DNA of 58,891 nt, the filler included. It is 3 parts of 3 records of this genome, joined end to end, with 100 filler letters (N's around TTAATTAATTAA, not from the genome) between each part and the next. Parts side by side here need not be neighbours in the genome. Positions count along the whole stretch, not along the records: positions 1 to 27,125 come from DRR378314_586; positions 27,226 to 49,674 come from DRR378314_599; 1 more part is not named here. One strand, 5' to 3'. Numbering within the stretch: position 1 is the stretch's first letter; every line of letters begins with the position of its first letter. The notes under the pieces are model-generated. The model was not told the origin of the DNA and made no database searches. It saw only the letters and a program-made list of their open reading frames with translations. Shown here piece after piece: positions 18,401 through 33,173 of this stretch. A program made the position numbers and the translations under genes.

Positions 18401-20055
18401 TCCTCAAAGACCACGGCAATGGCCTCCGGCGTGCGGGCGACTTGCGCCTCGAAGGCGCCGTGAATTGTCTGCTCTCTTGAGGGGGCGGCCTCCGTGGCGT
18501 TCCACTCCTCCAGCAATTGTTTGCGTTCGGCGTCGGGCAGCAGCGGGAGTGCGGACAGGGGCGCATCTGACTGGTTTTCGAGGTTGTTGAGCAGACAGTC
18601 CAGGCGGGCCGCAAGCCGCGAGATCGCCTGCTGTGACAGGTTTTGGGACTGCAGGCGCAGGCTGTCATCGGACTGGATCAGTGCCAGTTTGGCCTCTGCG
18701 GGCGGCGTCTGCGTGCCCAGACAAAGCGCCACGGTGGGCGGCGCCTGCACTGCGATTTCCGGCGCGCGGGCCATGATGTCCTCGGCAAAACCGCCCTGAC
18801 GCTCAGCGCGGTCGATCACCGTCGCCATGCGGGATTGAACCGCTGCGAAACCCTCGTCCAGATGCGCCGTCATCGGTACCCAATCGGCAATCAGCCCCGG
18901 ACGCGCGGCAGACTCCAGGTTGGGCAGGCTCAGCGCAATGGAGCCAGACGCCTCGCCGGTGCAACGCAGAAGCCAAGCGAGCGTAGCAGCCGCCAGCGCC
19001 TCCGGAGGGCAGCTGGCGGGCAGTTGGACGTCTGCCGAGACTTCTTCGGCGGCGTCGGCCGCGCCAAGGGGCAGGGGTAGCGTCTGCATGTCGGCCAAGG
19101 CACGACGCCAGAAGGCTTCCGGTTTCTGGGTCGCAAGAAGATCCTGTTCGAGCGTTTCGACCTCTGCCGGAGAAAGCAGCGGCAGCCTGTCACCCTTTTG
19201 TACCAGATCGGTGGCACGCAGAGGCGCGCCTGCCGGTGATGTCAGCTGCGATAGACAGATGGCACCATCCGCACAGGCCAGGGTGATGTCAGTGTCCGAT
19301 ACCGCCAAAATCTGACCGGGCGTGCCTTCGCCTGCACTTGTTTGAGCCTGACCAACAAGCACGACGCGATCCCCGCATCGGATCTTGGCCGAGGTTAGCG
19401 GGTTCCAGTAGCCGCCCATGTCCAGCCCGCGCACCACGCGCAGCAATTCTACCACCGGGCGGTCGCATTGCAGGACACCGGCGGCCTTAGGGCGATCCGC
19501 ACGGGCATGATACCGTCGTTGGCTCAGATCCTGTGGCTGGCGGCGCAGATCGTCGCTTTCCAGCTGGCCCAGCACTTCGGCAAAACTGTCGAGTGCGGCG
19601 CCATAGCATTTGGAATTCAGGCTGAAGGCCGTCTCATCCTCTGCCACCGCAAACCGGCGCTGGGCAAGGATGTCCCCTTCGTCGACACCGCCCTCGATCA
19701 GATGCCAGGTGATGCCGTGTTCGGTCGCGCCGTTAAGGATGGCCCAGTTTGGAGTATTGAGACCGGCCCGTTCCGGCAGTGGGCCATCGTGGAAATTGAC
19801 CGCGCCTTTCGTGGCCTTGGCGATCACCTCATCCGGTAACAGCCGCAGGTTGGCGATCGACAGGAGCCAGTCGAAAGGGCCGTCGATATCCGTGGCAGCA
19901 TCATAGCAGTTGAGGCCGTTCGAGGACGCCCAATCCCGGATGTCAGTATTGCCACTCAGGACGCCATGAATGTCGTGCCCGCGCGCCAGCATGGCCTCGC
20001 AGCAGCCGATCAACAGGGATTCATTGCCAATGACGACGGTGGAAAATGGCTTCAC
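15475..20055 (-). CDS. NRPS-like protein: formyltransferase, vestigial C-like segment, adenylation domain interrupted by a luciferase-like (MupA/Atu3671-type) monooxygenase, PCP
   Basis: VNFHDGPLP and HLIEGGVDEGDI (formyltransferase N/H/D); A-domain cores LTYAEL, YTSGSTGLPKG, FDIS, NMYGPTETT, GELCIGG, YRTGD, GRTDHQVKIRGQRIELGEIE, NKKIDR; LLM motif WTPERHFHAFGG at ~17650; PCP FFALGGHSL. Confidence 0.92.
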   Translation of the reverse strand: MKPFSTVVIGNESLLIGCCEAMLARGHDIHGVLSGNTDIRDWASSNGLNCYDAATDIDGPFDWLLSIANLRLLPDEVIAKATKGAVNFHDGPLPERAGLNTPNWAILNGATEHGITWHLIEGGVDEGDILAQRRFAVAEDETAFSLNSKCYGAALDSFAEVLGQLESDDLRRQPQDLSQRRYHARADRPKAAGVLQCDRPVVELLRVVRGLDMGGYWNPLTSAKIRCGDRVVLVGQAQTSAGEGTPGQILAVSDTDITLACADGAICLSQLTSPAGAPLRATDLVQKGDRLPLLSPAEVETLEQDLLATQKPEAFWRRALADMQTLPLPLGAADAAEEVSADVQLPASCPPEALAAATLAWLLRCTGEASGSIALSLPNLESAARPGLIADWVPMTAHLDEGFAAVQSRMATVIDRAERQGGFAEDIMARAPEIAVQAPPTVALCLGTQTPPAEAKLALIQSDDSLRLQSQNLSQQAISRLAARLDCLLNNLENQSDAPLSALPLLPDAERKQLLEEWNATEAAPSREQTIHGAFEAQVARTPEAIAVVFEDQQLTYAELNQRATALARHLQAQGVSPGCHVGVYLRRSMDLVIATLGILKAGGTYVPLDPAYPADRIAHYITDSQASVIVTQSDLASDLPDSTALPLHLDTLDLSGGTTEITGGATAEDLAYLIYTSGSTGLPKGVMVRHRNVANFFTAMDARIPHKEGDVWLAVTSLSFDISVLELFWTLARGFKLVLSSDESRLQLSNGPITLSDRKMDFNLYYWGNDDGAGEKKYELLLEGAKFADAHGFNAVWTPERHFHAFGGPYPNPSVTGAAVAAVTRNIGVRAGSCVAPLHHPARIAEEWAVIDNLTGGRAGIGFASGWQPDDFILRPENTPPANKPALFEALETVRKLWRGEEVAFPRQDGGTHSVITQPRPVSDDLAVWVTTAGNPETWREAGRVGANVLTHLLGQSIDEVGDKIALYHQALREAGHDPSDFTVTLMLHTYLAETREATREVAREPMKDYLRSAAGLIKQYAWAFPAFKKPKGVDNPFEMDLGSLSPEELEAILDFAFDRYFEDSGLFGTVEDAVARVEDLKRIGVSEVACLIDYGIAPNVVLEGLKPLAEVLRRANRVQALAEDDISLAAQILRHGVTHMQCTPSMARMIASDPDAAPVLGRLQHMLVGGEALPGDLVAALRSQTRATLHNMYGPTETTIWSTVETLEATPAGVASIGTPVANTCVYVLDAADQPVPVGAAGELCIGGAGVTAGYWQRTDLTAERFPADPFHPGVQMYRTGDLVRWNAAGKLEFLGRTDHQVKIRGQRIELGEIEAALAALEGVTGAVVIPRRIGADERLVGYVTVSTPVSEHAAKAQLSRQLSEVMVPAHIVTLDTFPLTPNKKIDRKALPDPQPARGVSPTAAATTMPRSTTEMQIAEIWQQLLGVPGVQQGDNFFALGGHSLLAVQAHRDIRSALKAERLSITDIFRFPTLDRLAGHIEQLANGGTSSQAERAEPSTAPAERAETMSKRRAMRANRRGRTG

Positions 20056-21083
20056 TTGTGATCCTCCAGCAACGGGGCGTGAACGGGGTCGGTATCAAAG
20101 GGTTTGGCCGGGCGTGGGCCGGGCAGGGGCCGTAGCATCCGCGTCAGATGATGACGCAGAAGGTCGCCGTAGAAATGCGGCGCATCGGCGCGCGGCTTGC
20201 CGGAGGTCAGGCGGCGCAGCCCATAGACGCTGCCCCCGAGAAGGCGGGCCAGCGTTGCCCCCATCGCATAGACGGCGCCACGGGTCTGGGTGAAATAATG
20301 CAGGCGCGAGTCGAGCCAGAATCCTGGTGTACGGGGCCAGGTCTTCATGCCGGTGGAGGCCGAACCGACATGCGCCACGGTGCTTTGCGGCACGTAGTGG
20401 GTACGCCATCCCGCGCGGGCGGCGCGATGGCACAGCTCGGTCTCTTCGAAATAGAGAAAGAACGTCTCGTCAAAGCCACCGACAGCCTCGATCACCTGGC
20501 GGCGGATCATCAGGCTGGCGCCGGCGGTCCAATCCACCTGACGCGGCTGGTCCGGGATCTCCAGCGGCACGATTGCATGCTGCAACAGGCGCGAGATCAC
20601 GCCGGTGCGGGCCGCGCCCTCGAATTCGCTGGCGATGGTGGGAAAGCGGAACAGGGTGCAATGGGGCGTGCCGTCTTCGCCATGCACATAGGATCCGGCC
20701 AGTCCGGCACCGGGGTGATCCTGCAAGAAGTCCCGCAGGGTGCGAATGCAATCGGTTTCGGGAAAGGCGTCTGAGTTCAGAAGATAGTAGAAATCCGGCA
20801 CCGACCCATCCGTCAGCCGTGCCAGAAAGCCGATGTTCATGCCGGCGCCAAAGCCGCCATTGACCGGCGAGGCCTCGATCCGCAGCTGGCCGCTGTCCAG
20901 CCAGCCGCGGGTTTCCGCCCCAGCCTGCAACGCCTCGAAGGAGCCATCACCGGAACCATTGTCGATGACCAGCACCTCGCCCGGCAAATCTTCCATCTCC
21001 GCCAGCGCGGCGGCGGCGGAGCGCAGGGTCATCGCCGGGGTGCGGAAATTCAGGATGATGGTCAGGACGGTCTGTGTGGCCAT
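20052..21083 (-). CDS. Glycosyltransferase family 2 (WbbL/rhamnosyltransferase-like subgroup)
   Basis: IILNFRT, VIDNGSGDGS, NGGFGAGMN, LLNSDA, GGFDETFFLYFEETELC. Confidence 0.9.
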   Translation of the reverse strand: MATQTVLTIILNFRTPAMTLRSAAAALAEMEDLPGEVLVIDNGSGDGSFEALQAGAETRGWLDSGQLRIEASPVNGGFGAGMNIGFLARLTDGSVPDFYYLLNSDAFPETDCIRTLRDFLQDHPGAGLAGSYVHGEDGTPHCTLFRFPTIASEFEGAARTGVISRLLQHAIVPLEIPDQPRQVDWTAGASLMIRRQVIEAVGGFDETFFLYFEETELCHRAARAGWRTHYVPQSTVAHVGSASTGMKTWPRTPGFWLDSRLHYFTQTRGAVYAMGATLARLLGGSVYGLRRLTSGKPRADAPHFYGDLLRHHLTRMLRPLPGPRPAKPFDTDPVHAPLLEDHK

Positions 21084-21085
21084 GT

Positions 21086-27124
<6,039 letters not shown>

Positions 27125-27125
27125 C

Positions 27126-27225
27126 NNNNNNNNNNNNNNNNNNNNNNNNNNNNNNNNNNNNNNNNNNNNTTAATTAATTAANNNNNNNNNNNNNNNNNNN
27201 NNNNNNNNNNNNNNNNNNNNNNNNN
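27126..27225. other. Artificial contig-joining spacer (44 N + TTAATTAATTAA + 44 N)
   Basis: Exactly 100 nt with a six-frame stop linker at 27170-27181; an identical spacer sits at 49675-49774. Confidence 0.98.
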
Positions 27226-27250
27226 GCTGCTGCTGCTGCTGCTGCTGCTG
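27226..27250. repeat. (GCT)8 microsatellite at contig start
   Basis: Read directly; likely the cause of the assembly break. Confidence 0.95.
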
Positions 27251-27843
27251 TTGTTTGCTACCGCGTTGGTGCCAGAGTTTGCCGAGGCGCTCCCAGCAAA
27301 GCGGCTTGCGCATGTACGCGAACATCATATTCAACGTCAGGTGCTTCTTGCCAGCAGCGAGGGCCATGTTTCTTTGCACCTGGCAAGACTGCAGTGCGTA
27401 TCCTGTAGTTGCACTACCGGCGCAGAATGTGCGTGGATATCGCATGTTTACCGGGCGCAGGGGACCGCAGGGGTTGCAGCAACGCGCGTTGCACGCGTTG
27501 CTTCTGCACAGAGAAAACCTCCCAAGCTGGGGCAATGCGACGTGCACAAGCGATCCTAGCTCTTCTCCCTCTGACATAGGCTCCGCCTGCAAAGAAACGA
27601 AAAACATATTTAACGCTACAAGTGTATACAGTGGTTGGGATGCTGTCTCTCGTTTGCTGGTTTGTGTGCCTTGCGAGCATGAGCGATATCATGGTAGGAA
27701 GAGACTACGACGGAATGACGCGACTTTGTCAGTCCCTCGGTCCTCGCTCTGCGGAGCGCTTGGTTGCATATTTTTATGGTAGAGCAAGTGCACTCATTCA
27801 TACAGCTGTTATGCGCGCGTGTTTGTTTCTGGTTTCTGTGCAG

Positions 27844-28005
27844 GGGGTCGCCGGCACTGTGCGAGTGCTACAAAAAATGCAAGTCTCGACGCAACCGGTT
27901 GCCGCGCTCGATTGGCACAGGGACAAAGAGGGACTGGCCGTATACGCGGCGCTCGACCAAACGGTGAGGTTTGGTCTCGTTACGCGACTGAACAGGTTTC
28001 ACTAA
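27844..28005 (+). CDS. WDR92: Last exon of WDR92/DNAAF10-like WD40 protein (dynein assembly factor)
   Basis: After a pyrimidine-rich ...ctgtgcag acceptor: GVAGTVRVLQKMQVSTQPVAALDWHRDKEGLAVYAALDQTVRFGLVTRLNRFH*, matching the conserved WDR92 C-terminus (GVAG...STQP...DW..DK.GL.....DQTVR...VT.LN). Confidence 0.82.
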   Translation, partial: GVAGTVRVLQKMQVSTQPVAALDWHRDKEGLAVYAALDQTVRFGLVTRLNRFH

Positions 28006-28607
28006 ACGTTCTCGCTCCCTTGATGCCTCAATACATGCTATTATCGTGTAAAGAGAATACTGATCCTGGCTGACACACCTGCATGGTCATTTTTTGCTTG
28101 CGCATTGCCGTGCTGTCCGCGGCGCACCCTTGACGGCAGCAAGTACTGCAGGGTGGGTTTCTCAGAGAGTGCGGAGCTACTTTGTCGAACACTGTGACCC
28201 ACGTCCTTTGACCTCAACGCAGATATCCATATTCTCTGCATATAGGCCACAGAATGCACCCTGGTCCCACATTCTGTGTGTTAGGGCGCGGGGGCTGGCT
28301 TGGGGAGTGGCCACGCGTCGCTGTGCGCCGCGTTGTGCGGCACCGTGCTGGCCGCCGGATCGCAGTTCGCCTCGCGGCAAGCGCTGGCCTACGTAGAGCC
28401 CTACATCACAACCAGCAGAAACCCGCGCGTGCCGCCGTGCCCGCAGCGGACGCACGAGGCGCTGTCCAGGCGCGCCGCCAAGATTCTGTGAGCGTGCGAC
28501 CGCGGCCGCACTTCACCGTTGCGGACACCGCAGTGCTTGGCGTCCATCTTTCAGAGTATCTGCGCTACTGTCAAGGTCGTTGGAGCCTTTTCAGCACCGT
28601 AGACAGC

Positions 28608-31600
28608 ATGGGAAGCCGTGTCGAGTTCTTAGATCTTACAGGTCTTCGCGTGGACGGAAGGCGGTACGCTCGTTCTCTCCAGTGTGCGAGGTGCAAGTGC
28701 GCACGCGAACTGTTTGCCAGCGAACTGGGAGCGCGTTTGCAGTACGCCCAGTGCCTCTCGCCGTTCTTGGGGGGAGGATGAGCACGCCGCACGGCTCTCC
28801 GGTAGAGACAACGGTGGCACGGACTCGACCACTTTCAAACTGAAAGGAAATTTCGATGCGCCGATGTTCTAAAGTACCGATCCACCTGCCGCAGCGGCTT
28901 CTGCGCCGTTGCGGGTGGCGCGCACACTTTAGAATGCCAGTGCTCCGCGGAGCGTGTTGTCGCGTTTCTCGGACCTCGCTGTAGTCCGGAAACTTGTGAG
29001 CTTGGAGTGTTGACCTCATGTACGAATGACCCGCCAACGTGTTCTTTTTGTACAATGCTGTAGGCCGGATGAGATCCGCCCTCTTACATGCGAAGTTGGC
29101 GTTGTGCCAAGCGCAGACGGCTCTGCGCGAGTCGACAGCGGGAATACGTCCGTAGTGTGTGCTGTGCACGGGCCGCAGGAAGTACGTGGTCGGCTGCACG
29201 CGCTGGGGGCCACCTTGCGACCTGCACATGTACAGAGACATGCTGCATCCTTCTGCATTTTCTATATGTGGATGATGTTATTCTGATATCTTTCTTTTTC
29301 TTCGTTTGAACTCTCCCGGTTGGGTTCTCTGGACGAACGTATTGCGTGCCGGTACTTCGCCACGGTACCCTGTGGTGCAGCTTTGTTGCGCACAGCTTGC
29401 GTACGCGCGTGCCCGCTGCGTACTTTGTTCCCTGCTGTAGAGGGGACGCGCGTTTATTTTAGGCCCTTGTACTTAAGACATCAAGTTCGATGCTTTGATA
29501 TTGAATTTTGGTAGCGCCCGGAAATGGAGGATACAGGAAAACAACAGCAACAACGGATGTATACTACTGGGCGGCGCCGTACCTGCTGCTTGCACTTGGT
29601 GAGCTCACTCGTTCTCCCTCTGTGCCGCTTGTCGCCTGCTGTGCGCTTGTTGCTTCCTCTGCATTGCCATGCTTCCCTTCTCACTGCGTTCTATGTACAG
29701 TCAAAACGGGGAAGTGAAAATTGTGAGATCGTTTGCCACTTTGGTATGGCGCCATTCGCGCCGACAGAGCGTCGTGTTCGGCGGCGGCAGGAACGGTGCG
29801 TCAAGTCAGAATGCAGGTGGAGTGCCTCCCGCTAGTTCTGCTGGCTGCGGCCAGGAATTCGTATGTCGGTAGCGTGCCACTTCCATGCAGCGCTAGCCGC
29901 TTATTGCATTATTGGATGGTTTGAGTGGTGATTGCACACGTGCGTTAGCCTTGATCTGCTCGACGTTCTTTTCTCGCCACATGGAGAGTATCGGATAAGG
30001 CGAGGGGCGGCACGCCCGTTTGCCCTTGCCTGGCGGTGGAGCAAGCGTGGTCGGACCGCAGGCATGCGCTCGGCCTGCAATACTTTCTCGCCGCCGCTGC
30101 GGCGGGAATGCGGCGCTCGCGGCAATGGCTTGGATCCTCTTTCCTGTTCGGCGGATTTTGCCCCTTCTCCTCTCCTCGCGAAGGGTTGCACTGTGCCGCT
30201 GTACCTGCTGCGCGGAAGCACATGCACTGCGTGCGCAAGAGGCGCGTGGCACCGGCGGTTGATACTGTGGTTTCGATTGGTCCTGAACCACGTTTTTGTG
30301 TATGTGTGTGTTTTTACGGCATCTTTTTCATCCAGTCGGAATCAAGAGACCGCGCAGTCTCTGGAGGAGATATTCTCCTTTGCTGTGGAAACTCATTTAT
30401 TTTCGCGATCGAGAATCGATGTATCCGTCGAGGTGCGACGGCGCGCAATCACGCAACTCGCCCGTGTGCATCCGCGATGAAAAATCTGCAAAGCATTTCA
30501 GGGGTGCCCGTTTCTGCATTCTCGCCGCTGCCGGGAGAGAGGAGAGGAAGTATGGTCAAATATCGGGAGATGATGCGCGATGGCGCTTCATCGCCCCGCT
30601 TTCAACGTGTGTTGCTTGAGGCAGTTGCTGTGACTTTGGAAGTTTGTCCTGGGTTTGCCGTAGTCATGCAAGGTAGATATTGAATGGATGTAGCGAAAGA
30701 AAACTGCAGAAAGAGCGCGATGAGCAAGGATCTCGCAATGCGCACGGACGCGCGCCAGCAGCGCTTCGCCTCCTTGACCCCTTTACTCTCAAACAGCGAG
30801 GCTTTTGTGCTCACAGGCGTATCCTGCGCGGTGTGCGCGCGTTTTGTTTCGGGCCTGCCTGCGTTAGGTTCTGCAAGATGACGGATGTGCGGATAGCTGT
30901 GCTGTCAATGCGATAACGCTCGCTCTGGTTGATGCTGGAATTCCGATGCGGGATCTTGTGATTTCGTGCGGTGCATCCTACGTGGACGGCCACTGCTTGG
31001 TCGGTGCGTGGTCTTGTCTTGGCGGTCTGAACGGACTGACTGCGATTTGCTTCTTTTCCCCGCTTCTACACATTCAATTGATACAGGTCTTTTATACAGA
31101 CGGGAGTATATACAATGCAGAGTTGAGTGAGCGCCTGCGCTGGGTGTGTGGTTGATGTCGTTGTTTGCGGCGGTTGTGGTTGCCTTCCGGGCAGGTGGGG
31201 TGGTCGTAGCATCGCTTGCGAGTCCGACGTGCTCATCACATGCGTTTGTGCTTCCCTCGACTGGGCCTGTTCCTCTTGCCTCTTCCGGCTTAGACCCGTG
31301 CTGGATGGAAGAGTCTGCTGCAGGAGCGAGCTTCCCGGTAACGATTTCTCCGCAAAGCGGCAAAATTGTCCACACGCAAACGATCTCCCGTGTTCCCATC
31401 ACTGCTGTAGAGGGACTGCTGGAATTAGGTACGGCATGTCGAGCGGTGCGATGTACAGCTCCCTGTGCGTCTTGCGAAATCTTCCCCCCCGGCTCGCATT
31501 GCAGATAATCGGTGGAACGTTTTTTTTTCTTTCTCGCTACCGCATTACGTATATCCCGAGTATTGTGCACTCACCCTGCAACGCTTCCAGTGCGCTAGGC

Positions 31601-32053
31601 TGTCGCGCAAACGTTCTTGCGCGTACGTACCGACTGCTTTCCCTGGTACCAGTATCAAACTTGTAGTGGATTTGTTGGCATTCTACACGTACTGTAATGA
31701 TGTACTGGGCACATTTTTTCCTGGCTGTGATGGTGCGGAGTGTGAGCTGATTTCCGAAGACGGACCCCTGGCGTCGGTAAACGCGGATGGGCGCCGTTGC
31801 TGTGCTCGCTGATGCTGCGACGTGGGCTGCAAACTCATGGCGAGACTTAGCGCAACGCTCCCCGCATTTCGGCCTAGTGATGACCAGTGGTTGACTTACG
31901 GAATTGGTAACCCATTGCGTGTGCTCTGTAGCTCGCAAGGGGTGCATGCAGATTCACGAAACGATTCGCAGTGTCGTCATGGAGCATGCCTCGGCAATGC
32001 TACAGTCCTCCGCTGGCGTATCGAGCGCTGGCGCCGTTCCGACAACATCGTAG
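28608..32053 (+). CDS. RRP41: Exosome subunit RRP41/EXOSC4 (RNase PH family), 7 exons, 252 aa
   Basis: Hand-spliced GT-AG exons 28608-28663, 29064-29181, 29701-29795, 30336-30432, 30868-31003, 31294-31428, 31932-32053 join in frame (759 nt): MGSRVEFLDLTGLRVDGRRPDEIR...ADGSARVDSGNTSVVCAVHGPQE...APFAPTERR...SRIDVSVEVLQDDG...NAITLALVDAGIPMRD... Confidence 0.92.
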
Positions 32054-32614
32054 CCTGTGGGAGATAAAGCTTACCTCCCGGTATACCTGGAAAACTGTGA
32101 ATCGATCACTACCACGTGCTCTATCATTAAATACATGTATGTAAATGCGTGAGTGCGGAGTGTGATGGGTTGCAAGCGGCGTGTCGCGTTGTAGCGTCGC
32201 GCAGTATACCGCGAGGCACAATCCGATCTTTGCGAGGGCGAGCATTTGCTACGCCATGCGCTGTGTGCGTGTGCCTGTTGCCGGATATTGGGACTTTGGA
32301 GTTGTCGTATGCCAAAACACAGCCTCGTAGCGCGACGTCACATTATCACGAATCCTGTACACGACATAAATAGGTGAGATATGAATAACAGAAAGGAAGC
32401 CGAGCGTGACAACGTGGTGACTTTCGCACGTCCGGCGGCTCTTTGGCAACGGACTGCGCACCCATTGCAAACGGCAGCCCTCTGTTAGCTTCCCAGATTG
32501 TTCTCTGCCATTGCTTGTGAGACAGTCTGCAGTATGAACTTCTCGGTCGCTCTTGTACTGGCCCTGCGGGCGTCGATCTCGCATTATTGGGCGCGAATAG
32601 GACCACGGGGCTAG

Positions 32615-32770
32615 TGCAGGAGCGGACGATGGGCGCCAGGTAGGCGCCTGAGGGAACGGGCAGTTCCATTAGGGTGAGAGCGGTTTCCCGCCCATTAGGT
32701 TCGACCCTTCGTCCCTTCGCTCCACGGGGCTCTGTGGAGTGGAGTAGGACAGAGGGAGCATCCGTCTGCA
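32615..32770 (+). ncRNA. Candidate structured RNA (multi-branch hairpins, B-box-like GGTTCGACCC); identity unknown
   Basis: Four hairpins plus a closing stem found by hand-folding; G-U pairs favour the + strand; lies between RRP41 and the EML gene. See findings. Confidence 0.3.
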
Positions 32771-33173
32771 AGTTCTTCTGTTCCGCGTGACATCACAGAC
32801 TAGCATACAAATATACAGCTGTGCTGCCGGAGTCGATCCGCTGTGCCTGCAAGTCGCAGTATCTATCTCTCCAGAAGTCCGTTTCTTCTAAGAAAAAGAC
32901 TCACAGCAGCGTTTCAGCGTGAGGTCCAAGGTAGTAGAGGTGCGAGACAGCAGTGAGGGAAATTGCAAGCCAGGGAGTCCTGTGAGACTTACGGAGCGGC
33001 GCTTTTCGTGCGCGGCGCAAGCAAGCGCGGAACATCGGTTCGTGGAGACGAACACCCTCGATTAGCACGCAAAGGCTTCATCTTTCTGCGTGACGAGCCT
33101 CTGTCTCAAGTTACAGAGGTATTCGTACGTTGGTGATTGTAATATATTAAGTGTATGATGTTATGAAACGCAG

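Noticed and set aside
27170-27181. TTAATTAATTAA as a regulatory palindrome
   Set aside because: It is centred in N runs and repeated identically at 49719-49730; it is a six-frame stop linker.
27226-27843. PolyQ/polyA ORFs or further WDR92 exons at the start of contig 2
   Set aside because: No frame gives convincing WDR92 similarity; most simply an intron containing a microsatellite.
32519-32802. RNase MRP/RNase P or telomerase RNA identity for the structured element (CACGGGGCT; AGTCTG/CAGACT; TTAGGG)
   Set aside because: No matching GAAAGTCCCCG-type P4 partner, no P1 closing helix and only a single telomere-like hexamer; identity left open.
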